A stretch of DNA of 64,000 bases from Lachnospiraceae bacterium Phil5. Its GTDB lineage: Bacteria; Bacillota; Clostridia; TANB77; CAG-508. The notes beneath the pieces are model-generated. The model worked only from the letters and a program-made list of their open reading frames with translations. It had not been told where the DNA came from and made no database searches. Below, piece after piece: positions 44,003 to 54,798 of this stretch. A program made the position numbers and the translations under genes. How positions within the stretch are numbered: the stretch's first letter is position 1; every line of letters starts with the position of its first letter. Location: contig NWBM01000002.1 in assembly GCA_002633185.1 (NCBI GenBank), positions 322,950-386,949 of the forward strand, in the 5' to 3' direction.

Positions 44003-45325
44003 CTATTTTGTCAACATAACAACAGCATCCATTATTTCTTTTGTTGCTTGATCTTGGAGTTCTTTTTCTTTTGTTTTATCTATACCTTTTACTTTGTATT
44101 TAGACATGTCTATTGGTTCACCATATTTAATGTTAAATCTGGTAAATAATTTAAATGAACCAGATATTCCAACTGGTACTACTGGGCAGCCACTTTTTAT
44201 TGCCATATATGCAGCACCATTTTTAACTTTAGCATTTTTTTCTAAACCTTTTCTTGTTCCTTCTGGGAATATAGCTAATGCTTTTCCGTCTTTTATAGTT
44301 TTTAAACATCTTTTCATAGCTTCCATGTCTTGTTGATTTCTTTTGATTGGAATTACATCAAATAAATGCTCTAACCATCTTAAAATTGGTATTCTTCCTA
44401 AATCATGTTTTCCCACAAAAATAATTGTCTCTTTGCTAAATACAACAATCGCAACTGCATCTAACATATTAACATGGTTTGCACAAATTATGTATCCCCC
44501 TTGCTCAGCAGCTTTTGCTTTATTTTCTTCGCCTGAAACTTTCACTCTGTAAAAAATTTTATATAAAGTTCTTAAAAACCATTTTACAATTTTTCTTTCA
44601 ACTATTTTCCATTTTGTTTCAGGTCTAATTTTATATATTTCAGGCTCTAACTTTTTAGTTTTTTTTTGGTTTTTAATTATTTTTGCAATCTTTTTTACAA
44701 CTTCGTCTTGAGACATGTTTGTTGAATCTACTATTATTGCGTCATCTGCAATTTTAAGGGCTCCAAATTCTTTGTTTCTGTCATTTTCGTCTCTTTTTCT
44801 CATATCTTCTAGTACTTCTTCATATGTGCATTCTATATTTTTTTCTTGGTTTTGTTTAAATCTTCTTTTGGCTCTTTCTTCTAAATCTGCATCCATATAA
44901 ATTTTTACATCTGCATTTGGGAATACTACTGTTGTAATATCTCTACCTTCCATAATAATATCTTGTGTTTCTGCCATTTTTCTTTGTAAATCTACTAACT
45001 TTAATCGAACTTCTTTTATTGCAGATACATTTGAAACCATCTTGTTTACTGGATTTTCTCTTATTTCTTTAGAAACATCTTCTCCATTTAATTTTACAAT
45101 TAAATTATCGTTTTCTTTGATTAGTTCAATATCAATTTTTTCAAGTATTTCTTTTACTTTTTCTATATCATCTAAACTAACATTTTCTCTTATCATTTGC
45201 AATGTTACACATCTGTACATTGCACCTGTATCTATGCTGTTTAATTTTAATTTTTTTGCAAGTATTGATGTAACTGTTCCTTTTCCACTACCTGCAGGTC
45301 CATCTATTGCTACTATAAAACCCAT
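44003..45325 (-). CDS. cmk: Cytidylate kinase fused to PlsC-type acyltransferase
   Basis: IDGPAGSGKGT, DTGAMYR, MEGRDI; C-terminal NH...D, FPEGTR. Confidence 0.92.
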   Translation of the reverse strand: MGFIVAIDGPAGSGKGTVTSILAKKLKLNSIDTGAMYRCVTLQMIRENVSLDDIEKVKEILEKIDIELIKENDNLIVKLNGEDVSKEIRENPVNKMVSNVSAIKEVRLKLVDLQRKMAETQDIIMEGRDITTVVFPNADVKIYMDADLEERAKRRFKQNQEKNIECTYEEVLEDMRKRDENDRNKEFGALKIADDAIIVDSTNMSQDEVVKKIAKIIKNQKKTKKLEPEIYKIRPETKWKIVERKIVKWFLRTLYKIFYRVKVSGEENKAKAAEQGGYIICANHVNMLDAVAIVVFSKETIIFVGKHDLGRIPILRWLEHLFDVIPIKRNQQDMEAMKRCLKTIKDGKALAIFPEGTRKGLEKNAKVKNGAAYMAIKSGCPVVPVGISGSFKLFTRFNIKYGEPIDMSKYKVKGIDKTKEKELQDQATKEIMDAVVMLTK

Positions 45326-45351
45326 TTTATATTCCTCCCTTTATACTTTGT

Positions 45352-46233
45352 TTATATATCCATATTTTTAGGTATGTTTATTCCTTTTGCCATAACATCT
45401 ATTTTAGATACATTCATTGCTGTTAATCTTTCAATTTCTTTTTTAGATCTAACTTGGAAATCTTTTAAAACATCCACTATTTTTTTACCATAATTAACAA
45501 TTACTTCCATGTAGATTTCTGTACCATTTTCGCCTTTGTCAACCCTTGTTCTTACAACTTTATGAATTGATGGTTCTTTATTAGCCAAATGCTCTATTAT
45601 TTGTTTAAATACATTATCTGAAATTGTAAAATTCCCCATATAGCTAAATGTTGGTCTGATAATTGATTTTTCTGAAATATATGGTGCTTTTCCTTTTCCC
45701 TTTGATTTAAAAATTTGCAGTGGATCAAGTAAATAACCTGAAAACTCCTTTTTTATTTCAAAAGTAGGAACCGGAATTACGTGTTTTCCTTCTGTTACAC
45801 GAATTCTTCTTGCATTTTCCATTTCTTCTTCAGTTGCAACATCATTTATATATATTATTTTGCTTATTTTAGGAAGTCCAAGATTTGCTGCAATTTTTTG
45901 TACCATACCATCTGAAGTACCTAAAATTAAAATTGCTGATGGGTTATATTTTATAAAAGCTTCTTGCATTTCTCTTTTTTCATTTTCTTCATAAAACAAA
46001 GCATGTTTAACAGTTTCAACCTTAGTTGGTGCTTTTTTAGCTGAAGTTCCCGCAATAACCGCATTTCCTTTAATTAACAAACCATCATCTATTATAAATT
46101 CTATATCATTTTCAACCGCAACCATTTGTGCTCTGTAGCTTTTTCCTGTTCCAGATGGTCCTACAAACGCACATACTCTAATATTGCTAAAATCCATATA
46201 AAACTTTCCTTTCTTATTGGCATAATTTAACAA
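45352..46233 (-). CDS. P-loop domain plus Asp23/Gls24-like domain protein
   Basis: GPSGTGKS, IIDDGLLI, GKHVIPVP; C-terminal Asp23-like region. Confidence 0.75.
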   Translation of the reverse strand: MLNYANKKGKFYMDFSNIRVCAFVGPSGTGKSYRAQMVAVENDIEFIIDDGLLIKGNAVIAGTSAKKAPTKVETVKHALFYEENEKREMQEAFIKYNPSAILILGTSDGMVQKIAANLGLPKISKIIYINDVATEEEMENARRIRVTEGKHVIPVPTFEIKKEFSGYLLDPLQIFKSKGKGKAPYISEKSIIRPTFSYMGNFTISDNVFKQIIEHLANKEPSIHKVVRTRVDKGENGTEIYMEVIVNYGKKIVDVLKDFQVRSKKEIERLTAMNVSKIDVMAKGINIPKNMDI

Positions 46234-46333
46234 AGTTATTATATCACTTAAAATATATAAAAATCAAGAAAATCTAAGTAATATTTAATTGTTTTTTGAA
46301 TATCTATTAATTAAATTTAAAGGAGGAAAAGTT

Positions 46334-47344
46334 ATGAAAAATTATAAATTAGCTGTTGTAGGTGCAACTGGTGTTGTTGGGCAGAAAATGATTGATGTTT
46401 TATTAGAAAAAAATTTGCCTATTAGTGAATACTGCTTTTTTGCTTCTAGCAGATCTGCTGGCAAAACTATTCGATTTGGTGATGATGTGTATTTAGTTAA
46501 AGAGCTTACTGAATCTTCATTTGATGAAGATTTTGATTTTGCATTATTTTCAGCTGGAGGTGAAACCTCTTTAAAATACTCTCCTATTGCTGTAAAACAT
46601 GGATGTATTGTTATAGATAATAGTAGTGCCTTTAGAATGGATGAGACTGTTCCTCTGGTTGTTCCTGAAGTTAACCCTGATGAAATTTTTAATCATAATG
46701 GTATAATTGCAAATCCTAATTGTTCTACAATTCAAGCTGTTTGTGCATTGAAACCTTTGGATGATACTTTTGGTATTAAAAGGATTGTTTATTCGACATA
46801 TCAAGCTGTATCCGGGGCTGGTTCTAAAGGTATTCATGACTTAGAAAATGGAATTAAAAAATTTAATGATGAGTCTTTTGAGTACTCTTTAGAAAAATTT
46901 GAATATCCTATTTTTAATAATTGTTTGCCTCATATTGATGTATTTTTGGATAATGGATATTCAAAAGAGGAAGAAAAGATGATTAATGAAACAAGAAAAA
47001 TTTTAGGAAAGTCAAACCTTGCCATAACTGCAACTACTGTCAGAGTTCCAGTTTTTAATTCTCATTGTGAAAGTATTAATGTTGAATTTGAAAATGGTTT
47101 TGAATTAAATGATGTTATGACTGTTTTGAATTCTGCACCAGGTGTTATTGTAGTTGATGATATTAAAAATAATGCTTATGCGATTCCTACAGAAGTTACT
47201 GGACATAACGAAGTTTTTGTTAGTAGAATTAGACGTGATTTCAGTGTTGCCAATGGAATTAACTTATGGGTTGTTGCTGATAATATTAGAAAAGGCGCGG
47301 CTACTAATGCTGTGCAGATTTTAGAGAAACTAATGAATACTTAA
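46334..47344 (+). CDS. asd: Aspartate-semialdehyde dehydrogenase
   Basis: VGATGVVG, DNSSAFRM, NPNCST, STYQAVSGAG, DNIRKGAA; AGGAGG RBS before 46334. Confidence 0.97.
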   Translation: MKNYKLAVVGATGVVGQKMIDVLLEKNLPISEYCFFASSRSAGKTIRFGDDVYLVKELTESSFDEDFDFALFSAGGETSLKYSPIAVKHGCIVIDNSSAFRMDETVPLVVPEVNPDEIFNHNGIIANPNCSTIQAVCALKPLDDTFGIKRIVYSTYQAVSGAGSKGIHDLENGIKKFNDESFEYSLEKFEYPIFNNCLPHIDVFLDNGYSKEEEKMINETRKILGKSNLAITATTVRVPVFNSHCESINVEFENGFELNDVMTVLNSAPGVIVVDDIKNNAYAIPTEVTGHNEVFVSRIRRDFSVANGINLWVVADNIRKGAATNAVQILEKLMNT

Positions 47345-47351
47345 AACATCA

Positions 47352-47374
47352 GGGACGGATTCATAATCCGTCCC
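47352..47374. terminator. Hairpin between convergent genes
   Basis: GGGACGGAT-tcata-ATCCGTCCC. Confidence 0.6.
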
Positions 47375-47382
47375 CATATATT

Positions 47383-48402
47383 TTATTTTAATTCAAATTT
47401 TATTTTAGCTTTTCCGTCCGCAACATTAAGAGTTGCAATTGCACCGTTTATTAGATTTAAGCATGGTGGTTTATGTGATACATCTGCATCATATATAATT
47501 GGAATTTGTAACTTAGCTATTACACTATCTTGTAAGCATTCTTCCATTGTATATATTTCCGAATCTCTTACTCCACTACCATTTCTTCCAAATACTATTG
47601 CTTTTGCATATTTGAAATATCCTAATTCATTTAATTTCCATAAAGAACGTATTAGTTCTTCTAAAGATAATTCGCAATTATCGAAATACCAAATAAAACC
47701 GTCGTTTTTGTACTTTTCTATAAACTGCTGTGTTCCATCATATTTTGTTCCACATAATTCCATAATTAAATCTAAACATCCGCCTATTACTCTTCCTGTT
47801 ACATTAACAGAATCTGCATTTAAAATTTTCCATTCAACCTTTTCTGTTAAATTATCACCCTCAAGTCCTGTAACTTTTTCTATTCTTTCTTCCTCATATA
47901 GTTCATAGCTCTCTTGTTCGATTATTTCACCTTGTAAAATTTTTAATGAATCTATTGTTGATTTGTCATAATTTTCAGTTCCATAAGAGCCAAAATTTTG
48001 CCCGTATATTGTTGCTATGTCATATTTAGTTGTTATTGGAAATAATAATCCTGTTGGATCTGAAAATCCTTGAACCCATTTTGGATTTTTTTCTATTTTA
48101 TTAAAATCAATATGTGGTAATATTTCAACTAAAAATTCTCCACCAGTAGCACATATAACAGCATCAATATCTGAATTATCATCAAACATTTTGTTTATTT
48201 CATTTGCTCTTGTTATTTCATCTGCACTTCTGCATTTGTTACAGCTATTAATGTTTGGAGAAATTTCAGTTTTAAAACCTAATTCTTCAATTTTAAATTT
48301 TGCATTTTTAAATCTGTTTATTTTTAGTTCGTCATATGCTCCTGCTGAAGGTGCTGGAACACCTATCTTAGAGCCTTTTTTTATAAATTCTGGATATATC
48401 AT
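47383..48402 (-). CDS. S66 family LD-carboxypeptidase/MccF-like
   Basis: APS, GG, GFSD.T, GGCLD, H..P motifs. Confidence 0.88.
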   Translation of the reverse strand: MIYPEFIKKGSKIGVPAPSAGAYDELKINRFKNAKFKIEELGFKTEISPNINSCNKCRSADEITRANEINKMFDDNSDIDAVICATGGEFLVEILPHIDFNKIEKNPKWVQGFSDPTGLLFPITTKYDIATIYGQNFGSYGTENYDKSTIDSLKILQGEIIEQESYELYEEERIEKVTGLEGDNLTEKVEWKILNADSVNVTGRVIGGCLDLIMELCGTKYDGTQQFIEKYKNDGFIWYFDNCELSLEELIRSLWKLNELGYFKYAKAIVFGRNGSGVRDSEIYTMEECLQDSVIAKLQIPIIYDADVSHKPPCLNLINGAIATLNVADGKAKIKFELK

Positions 48403-48416
48403 TTTTTGTACTCCTT

Positions 48417-49130
48417 TTACACATTAATCATAATCAATGAAATTATACAATAAATAGCTACTTTTGAAAAATAACTTAATAATAATGTATAATTGTAAAA
48501 TTTAACACCAAATTTATTCATTTCATCATAATTTTGAACAATTTTGTTTATGTTTTCACTACTTACAACAGCCGATCTACTATCTAAATAATCTTTTGCC
48601 AAATATCTTGCTTTTATCATTGCATCAGTTTCCAGCAATGAACGCACAACATACATTACAACTGACATCATTACAAATATTATCGCAAAAATGCCAGGTG
48701 TTTTTATTACTCTAAATAAAGTTAATGCAGTAATTGCTATAAAATATATCAAATATATATTTGAAAAAATGAAATTAAACCACAATAAAGCTTTATCTTG
48801 TACAGAATGAACGCATTCGTGTGCTACTGTTTGTATGCGTGTAAAGGATTTTTTAGTATTTGAAATTAAAATTGCATTGTTTGCAACAATATATAAACTT
48901 GCTTGTGAACCTTCGCTACTTGCTTTTATTGTTACATTTTCATTGTTTAACATTTTTAAAATTTCTCTACATACATCTTCGTTTTCAGGTAAATCATTTG
49001 TAAGCTCGTTTAATTCTTTGCTTTCACCTATTTGTTTTATTGTAGTAATATTTTTCTTATTAATTTTAAGCAATATTGCCAGTAGTATAAGCATTACTAC
49101 TGACAATGTTAATATAACTATTATTTCCAT
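48417..49130 (-). CDS. Membrane zinc metallopeptidase-like protein (YugP-like)
   Basis: AHECVHSVQ HExxH motif, E.DA..A downstream, TMs. Confidence 0.7.
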   Translation of the reverse strand: MEIIVILTLSVVMLILLAILLKINKKNITTIKQIGESKELNELTNDLPENEDVCREILKMLNNENVTIKASSEGSQASLYIVANNAILISNTKKSFTRIQTVAHECVHSVQDKALLWFNFIFSNIYLIYFIAITALTLFRVIKTPGIFAIIFVMMSVVMYVVRSLLETDAMIKARYLAKDYLDSRSAVVSSENINKIVQNYDEMNKFGVKFYNYTLLLSYFSKVAIYCIISLIMINV

Positions 49131-49143
49131 TTATAACCTCTTT

Positions 49144-49476
49144 TTATAACACTTCTTTAATTGCCTCTGCAATTATTTTATTTACATCTGCTACCATAAC
49201 ATTGAATTTTACTTCTAAATCGAAATAATCTTTTATTTCCTTGTTCTCAACTAATATTGTGTATAACTCCTGTAATTTAGCTACTTTGTCTGGGTCATTT
49301 TCTCCTTTTTGAATTGCTAAAACTTGGGCATCGTATCTAATTTTTTCAAACTCTTCAATTTTAGCTTTCATTTCTGGATTTTGCATTACTTTATCTTTTG
49401 CTTCTTTGTATTTTTTGTATTCATCTGAATTTTTCATTTCATAAGCTAATTTGTTAGCAGTGTCATAAACGTTCAT
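49144..49476 (-). CDS. YlbF/YmcA family regulator
   Basis: MNVYD.A..LA....S.EY; helical; RBS AGGAGG. Confidence 0.85.
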   Translation of the reverse strand: MNVYDTANKLAYEMKNSDEYKKYKEAKDKVMQNPEMKAKIEEFEKIRYDAQVLAIQKGENDPDKVAKLQELYTILVENKEIKDYFDLEVKFNVMVADVNKIIAEAIKEVL

Positions 49477-49492
49477 TATTTTTCCTCCTATT

Positions 49493-50785
49493 TTATGCAT
49501 AAGCATGTTTTTTCTTGAAATCTAATAATTTTGTAATTTCTTTTTCTGAATTCTTTGCTTTTTCTGTCTTTTGTGCATTTTCTTGTGCTATTTCTCTTGC
49601 TTGTTTTTCTGCCATTGTTTGACATATTGCTTTTTCATATGTGAAGAATGTATCTTTTGTTATTTTATCCCAATTAAATTCTTTTTTTACTTTTGCTTTT
49701 GCATTTTTTACTACATTGTCACATAGTTGATGATTGTATAAAAGTGCTAAAACTGAGTCTGCAATTGAATTTGCATTTCCTGCATAACTTTTCATTCCAT
49801 TTATTCCATGGTCAACTATTTCATTTAATCCACCTATGTCTGATACAACTGTTGGAACTCCAGCAAGCATTGCTTCTAACGCTACAATTCCAAATGGTTC
49901 ATATGTACTTGGAAATACTGCAATATCTGCGCATTTATACATTTTTTGTACTTCTTTTGATGTTAAATATCCTGTAAAATATACTTTGTTTTCTATTCCA
50001 AGTGCTTTTGCCTGTTCTCTTAATTCATCATACATTCCGCCTTTTCCGCCTATTATTAGCTTTGTATCATTATATCCATTTATGATTTTAGGCATTGCAG
50101 AAATTAAGTTTTGAACTCCTTTTTCATATACTAATCTACCTATGTAAAGAATTATTTTTTCGTTATCCATTGCATATTTTCTTCTGAAATCATAGTCTCT
50201 TTCTATTCCATTGAAATTTGTTAAATTTATTCCATTTGGTATTACATTTATTTTTTCAAATGGTAATCCGAAAAGTCTTTGTAATTCTCGTTTCATGTAA
50301 TTACTGTTTACAATTACTTCTGATGATTCATATGTAAGTAGCCATTCTGTATCATTTATGTATCTTTGAACATCATCATGAATTCCGCTATTTCTTCCTG
50401 ATTCTGTGGCATGAATTGTTGATACTATTGGAATTTGATAGGCATCTTTTAATGTTTTTGCTGAATAGGCAACTAACCAATCATGTGCATGAATACAATC
50501 AAATTTGCCCTCTTCATTTATAATTTGAGTTGCTTTTGCTGTAAGGTTGAAATTTAGTTGCATAATCCAATCTGTGAAATTATTTGGATGAATCATATAA
50601 TTTTCTACTCTATATACTTTTACACCCTTATCATCTTCAAATTCAGGAACATCTCCTTCTTTGTAGGTTACTACTGTAACTTCATTGCCCTCTTTTACAA
50701 GCTTATGTGATAAGTCATAAACTACTCTTGCAATTCCTCCTACAATCCTTGGTGGATATTCCCAAGTTAACATTAAAATTTTCAT
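49493..50785 (-). CDS. GT4 family glycosyltransferase (glycogen synthase-like)
   Basis: WEYPP...GG, HAHDWL, TIHATE.GR, YEPFGIVALEAM. Confidence 0.92.
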   Translation of the reverse strand: MKILMLTWEYPPRIVGGIARVVYDLSHKLVKEGNEVTVVTYKEGDVPEFEDDKGVKVYRVENYMIHPNNFTDWIMQLNFNLTAKATQIINEEGKFDCIHAHDWLVAYSAKTLKDAYQIPIVSTIHATESGRNSGIHDDVQRYINDTEWLLTYESSEVIVNSNYMKRELQRLFGLPFEKINVIPNGINLTNFNGIERDYDFRRKYAMDNEKIILYIGRLVYEKGVQNLISAMPKIINGYNDTKLIIGGKGGMYDELREQAKALGIENKVYFTGYLTSKEVQKMYKCADIAVFPSTYEPFGIVALEAMLAGVPTVVSDIGGLNEIVDHGINGMKSYAGNANSIADSVLALLYNHQLCDNVVKNAKAKVKKEFNWDKITKDTFFTYEKAICQTMAEKQAREIAQENAQKTEKAKNSEKEITKLLDFKKKHAYA

Positions 50786-50996
50786 CTATTCATGCCCCTT
50801 TCGATTATTTTTATCCTTTGTAAATTATCTCTTATTTTCTACAAATTATTCTATATAAGTTTAATTTAAAAGTCAATTAGTTTATATTTATTTTTTTACT
50901 TTTTTTGATATTTTTTTTGTTTTTCTATTGTATTTTTTGTATTTATGATATAGTATATAATAAGTGAAATTAGAGATTTATACCAAGGAGGAAATT

Positions 50997-51980
50997 ATGC
51001 CAAGAAAAGCAAAAGAAAAAATAGATGAAAATGTTGTTGTTGATGAAGTAAAAGAACCTAAAACTGCCAAAAAAGATGCTAAGAAATCTACTACTACAAA
51101 AAAGAAAACTGATGTAAAAGAACCTAAAGCAACTAAAAAAGTTGCTTCTAAGAAAACACCAGATTCAAAAGAAAAAAAGAAGGCTTCAACCGAAAAAAAA
51201 GCTACTTCTTCTAAATCTATTAAATCAGCTGAAAAAAAATCTACAGCCACAGTCAAGGAACCTACAACTAAGAAATCTACATCAAAAAAATCTGCAGATA
51301 TTGCTAAAAAAGAAACATCAACCACTAAAAAAGCAGCTTCCAAAAAATCTACTTCAACTGAAAAAAAATCAACAACCAAAAAGAAAACAACAACTAAAAA
51401 ATCTACAAAAAAAACAGATGAAAATATAGAAATTCAAATTTTAGAATATTATGACCTACCATACAAATATGGAAATACTATAGTTAAATTACTTGCCCAG
51501 ACTCCAAAAACATTATTTGTATACTGGGAAATTTCAGATGAAGACATTGCCAATTTCAAAAAGCAATATGGCGATGATTTCTTTAATATAACAAAACCTG
51601 TTTTAGTTGTCCACAATCTTACATTAGACAAAACTTCAGAGGTTGAAATTAATGATTTTGCAAATTGTTGGTATCTAAATACAGAAGATGCTGGTTGCAA
51701 ATTTGATATAGAACTTGCTCGTAAATTTATTCAAAAATCAACATCAAAGAAAGTAAAAAAAGATGACTATCTTTCTGTTGCTAAATCTAATGATTTACAA
51801 GCACCTAATGATCACATTATGTTTGAAAAATTAACTGGAGTTGTTACTTTCAAAAATCATGAAACAAACGAAACTGTAGAAGAAAATATAGAATCATATA
51901 AATTTTTAAAAGATATTTATAAATTCTACAAAAATATGTATAAAGATGAATTATTAAAAAATCCTTCATCAAAATTTTAA
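50997..51980 (+). CDS. DUF4912 protein with histone-H1-like K/T/S-rich N-terminus
   Basis: LPY.YG...LL.Q.P..LFVYWEI, WY, SN...AP; AAGGAGG RBS before 50997. Confidence 0.85.
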   Translation: MPRKAKEKIDENVVVDEVKEPKTAKKDAKKSTTTKKKTDVKEPKATKKVASKKTPDSKEKKKASTEKKATSSKSIKSAEKKSTATVKEPTTKKSTSKKSADIAKKETSTTKKAASKKSTSTEKKSTTKKKTTTKKSTKKTDENIEIQILEYYDLPYKYGNTIVKLLAQTPKTLFVYWEISDEDIANFKKQYGDDFFNITKPVLVVHNLTLDKTSEVEINDFANCWYLNTEDAGCKFDIELARKFIQKSTSKKVKKDDYLSVAKSNDLQAPNDHIMFEKLTGVVTFKNHETNETVEENIESYKFLKDIYKFYKNMYKDELLKNPSSKF

Positions 51981-52121
51981 AACACATTTTAATTGGGGAC
52001 TTAAAATTTGAAGTTTAAAAATTGAGGACACAGTTATTTATAATGTGCCCTCTATTTTATTTCAATACATACACATAAAAATACGCCAATATTTGAAATA
52101 TTACTGAAAGGAATTTGAAAA

Positions 52122-53712
52122 ATGAAAGAACCATCAGGATATGTTAGTTTTGTTTTACATGCTCACTTACCTTTTATACATCATCCAGAAAGTGAAGATT
52201 ATTTAGAAGAACAATGGTTATTTGAAGCTATTTCAGAAACCTATATTCCTCTTCTAACAAATTTTGAAATGCTTGTTAAAGAACATGTTGATTTTAGAAT
52301 TACCATGTCTATTACCCCTCCTCTTTTATATATGCTTGATAATAAATTGTTACAACAAAGATATATTAACTATTTAAAAAAACATATTGAGCTTGCTGAA
52401 AAGGAAATTAAACGTACTGTTTATGATAAAAGAGTTAATGATTTAGCAAAATATTATTTTGAGAGATATTCTAATGATTTAAAAATATTTAGAGATAAAT
52501 TCAACTGTAATTTAATTCAAGGTTTTAAATATTTCCAAGATATTGGAGTTTTGGAAATAATTACATGTGGTGCTACACATGGCTACTTTCCTATATTATA
52601 CACAACTGAACAATCTGTTAAAGCTCAAATTGCTGTTGGTGTTCAAACTTATGAAAAATATTTTGGAAGAAAACCAAAAGGAATTTGGCTTCCAGAATGT
52701 GGATATGTTCCAGAATCTGACAAATACTTAAAAGAATATGGAATAGACTATATTATAATGGAATCTCATGGTGTTTTATATGCAGAACCAGCCCCACTTT
52801 TTGGTACTTTTGCTCCTATAGTTTCTCCTAACCGGAATTATAGCATTTGGTAGAGATATTGAATCTTCTAGGCAAGTATGGAGCTCTATTAATGGATATC
52901 CTGGTGATTTTAATTATCGTGAATTTTATCGAGATATTGGCTACGAGGCTGATTATGACTATATTAAGCCATACATAGCATCTAACGGTGCTCGTGTTCA
53001 CACCGGACTTAAGTATTATAGAATAACAGGAAAATCTGAAGAAAAAGATTTTTATAATATACAATGGGCTAAAGATACAGCTGAAAAACAGGCTGGGCAC
53101 TTCTTAGACTCCAGAACAGCTCAAATAAAATTTGCTTCTAAACATACTCAGAACCCACCTATTGTATTGTGCCCTTATGACGCCGAATTATTTGGACATT
53201 GGTGGTATGAAGGTCCATATTGGCTTTATGTTTTATTTAAGAAAATTTATTACAATAATACAAACTTTAAATTAATCACTCCAAGCGAATATGTAAAAAA
53301 ATATCCAGTTATACAAGAATGTACTCCTTGTAGATGTAGTTGGGGTGCAAATGGTTATAGTGAAGTTTGGCTTAATGGTTCAAATGACTATGCACTTAAA
53401 CACATACATCATTTAGCAGAAAAAATGGTAGAACTTGCACATACATACTATAATGAAACAGACAAATTAAAACTAAGAGTTCTAAATCAATGTGCAAGAG
53501 AAGTATTATTAGCACAAAGCAGTGATTGGCTATTCATTATAACAAATGGAACAATGGTAGATTACGCTAAAAAACGAATAAAGGAGCATGTTGGTAGATT
53601 TAATAGATTTTGCGATGAATTAAATTCTGGTAATATTGATGAAAAATTTTTGACTTACGTTGAAAAACAAGATTGTGTTTTTGACGACATTGACTTTAGA
53701 ATTTATTTTTAG
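52122..53712 (+). CDS. GH57 1,4-alpha-glucan branching enzyme (DUF1957), single gene with +1 shift at CGG 52833-52835
   Basis: HAHLP, ETYIP, THG, GIWLPEC; then GIIAFGRD..SRQVWS..GYPGD..YREFYRD, PYDAELFGHWW, LAQSSDW. Confidence 0.9.
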
Positions 53713-53771
53713 TAGAGTTTTTGGGACACCTCCAAAAAAATTTTTTTTGGAGGTGTCCCAAAAACTCTACT
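53711..53771. repeat. GGGACACC family palindrome (two inverted copies)
   Basis: AGTAGAGTTTTTGGGACACCTCCAAAAAAA-T-TTTTTTTGGAGGTGTCCCAAAAACTCTACT. Confidence 0.85.
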
Positions 53772-54123
53772 CATCATATTTAAACTCAATATTATTAGCT
53801 TTTACAAACTTAATTAATTTATTTATATAATATTCAAAATCATCATCATCTATTTCTTTTACTTCATTAATTACTTTTTGAATGTATTCACTCGTGCTGA
53901 ATTCTGGGTATACCTTTCTATTTTTTCTAAATGATTCTAAATGAAAAATTATGTCTTTATTCCTTTTATATGCAGGAAGAATTTTCATTACTGCTAAAAA
54001 TAAAATTTGTTTCATTTCTTTTTTTATTTTATATGAATTTATTGTATTTATTATTTCTAAACAATTATTACTTTTTGAAATTCCTGGTTGTATTTTCCCT
54101 GAATAAATAACTTTTCTTTCCAT
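53767..54123 (-). CDS. Hypothetical protein
   Basis: 118 aa ORF with GGGAGG RBS. Confidence 0.6.
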   Translation of the reverse strand: MERKVIYSGKIQPGISKSNNCLEIINTINSYKIKKEMKQILFLAVMKILPAYKRNKDIIFHLESFRKNRKVYPEFSTSEYIQKVINEVKEIDDDDFEYYINKLIKFVKANNIEFKYDE

Positions 54124-54244
54124 TTATTTTATTTCCTCCCTTTATAAATTAACATAATTATTATAGCATCTTTTTCTTGATTGTGCAATTAAATTGTTTA
54201 ACATTTGTGTATATTTTAGGCTTGTTTTTATATATAGTATAGAA

Positions 54245-54277
54245 AAATGAGTACTGAATTAGCATCAGTACTCATTT
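54245..54277 (-). terminator. Terminator of orphan gene
   Basis: AAATGAGTACTGA..TCAGTACTCATTT. Confidence 0.7.
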
Positions 54278-54282
54278 AAAAC

Positions 54283-54798
54283 TTAAAATTTAATCAACTC
54301 AATTAACGCCAGATAATTTTGCAGTTCCTCTATCCGTTTTGCAGTTTTTTCAGCATGCATGCGAACATAGTGAAGTACTTCATCCTGCATTGCATCATGA
54401 CTAATTTTTTTTCTGCTTAACTCTTCATCTTCCTCATTCTGAAACTCTTCTGTCTCTTGGTTGAAGATTTTTCTAAGTTCCTGCACCTGTTCTTGCGGAA
54501 GGTTTTGAGTATCCTCAGCAAAAACTTCTCTGCGCTCTGCATGAAGACTTCTGTACTTGGCAACAACATACTCATTGTCATATTGGACCCAGTCCTCAAA
54601 CAAAAACGTTATTCCAAGCATAAGAAACTGGTCCACAAAAATCTCTGTCATGCCAGCATCTAACAATGCAAAAGCGATGTCTTCAGTACTGTCAGCCCTC
54701 TTCACTTTTGAAATTGCTCTGTCGTTTTGATAACTCCTCTCCAATTTCGTAATTTGGTGAATAACTTTGCTCTTGAGTTTTTTTGTCTCCATGTCCAT
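54283..54798 (-). CDS. Orphan acidic coiled-coil protein
   Basis: AGGAGG RBS, TTGACT-17-TATAAT promoter, own terminator, atypical codon usage. Confidence 0.7.
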   Translation of the reverse strand: MDMETKKLKSKVIHQITKLERSYQNDRAISKVKRADSTEDIAFALLDAGMTEIFVDQFLMLGITFLFEDWVQYDNEYVVAKYRSLHAERREVFAEDTQNLPQEQVQELRKIFNQETEEFQNEEDEELSRKKISHDAMQDEVLHYVRMHAEKTAKRIEELQNYLALIELIKF

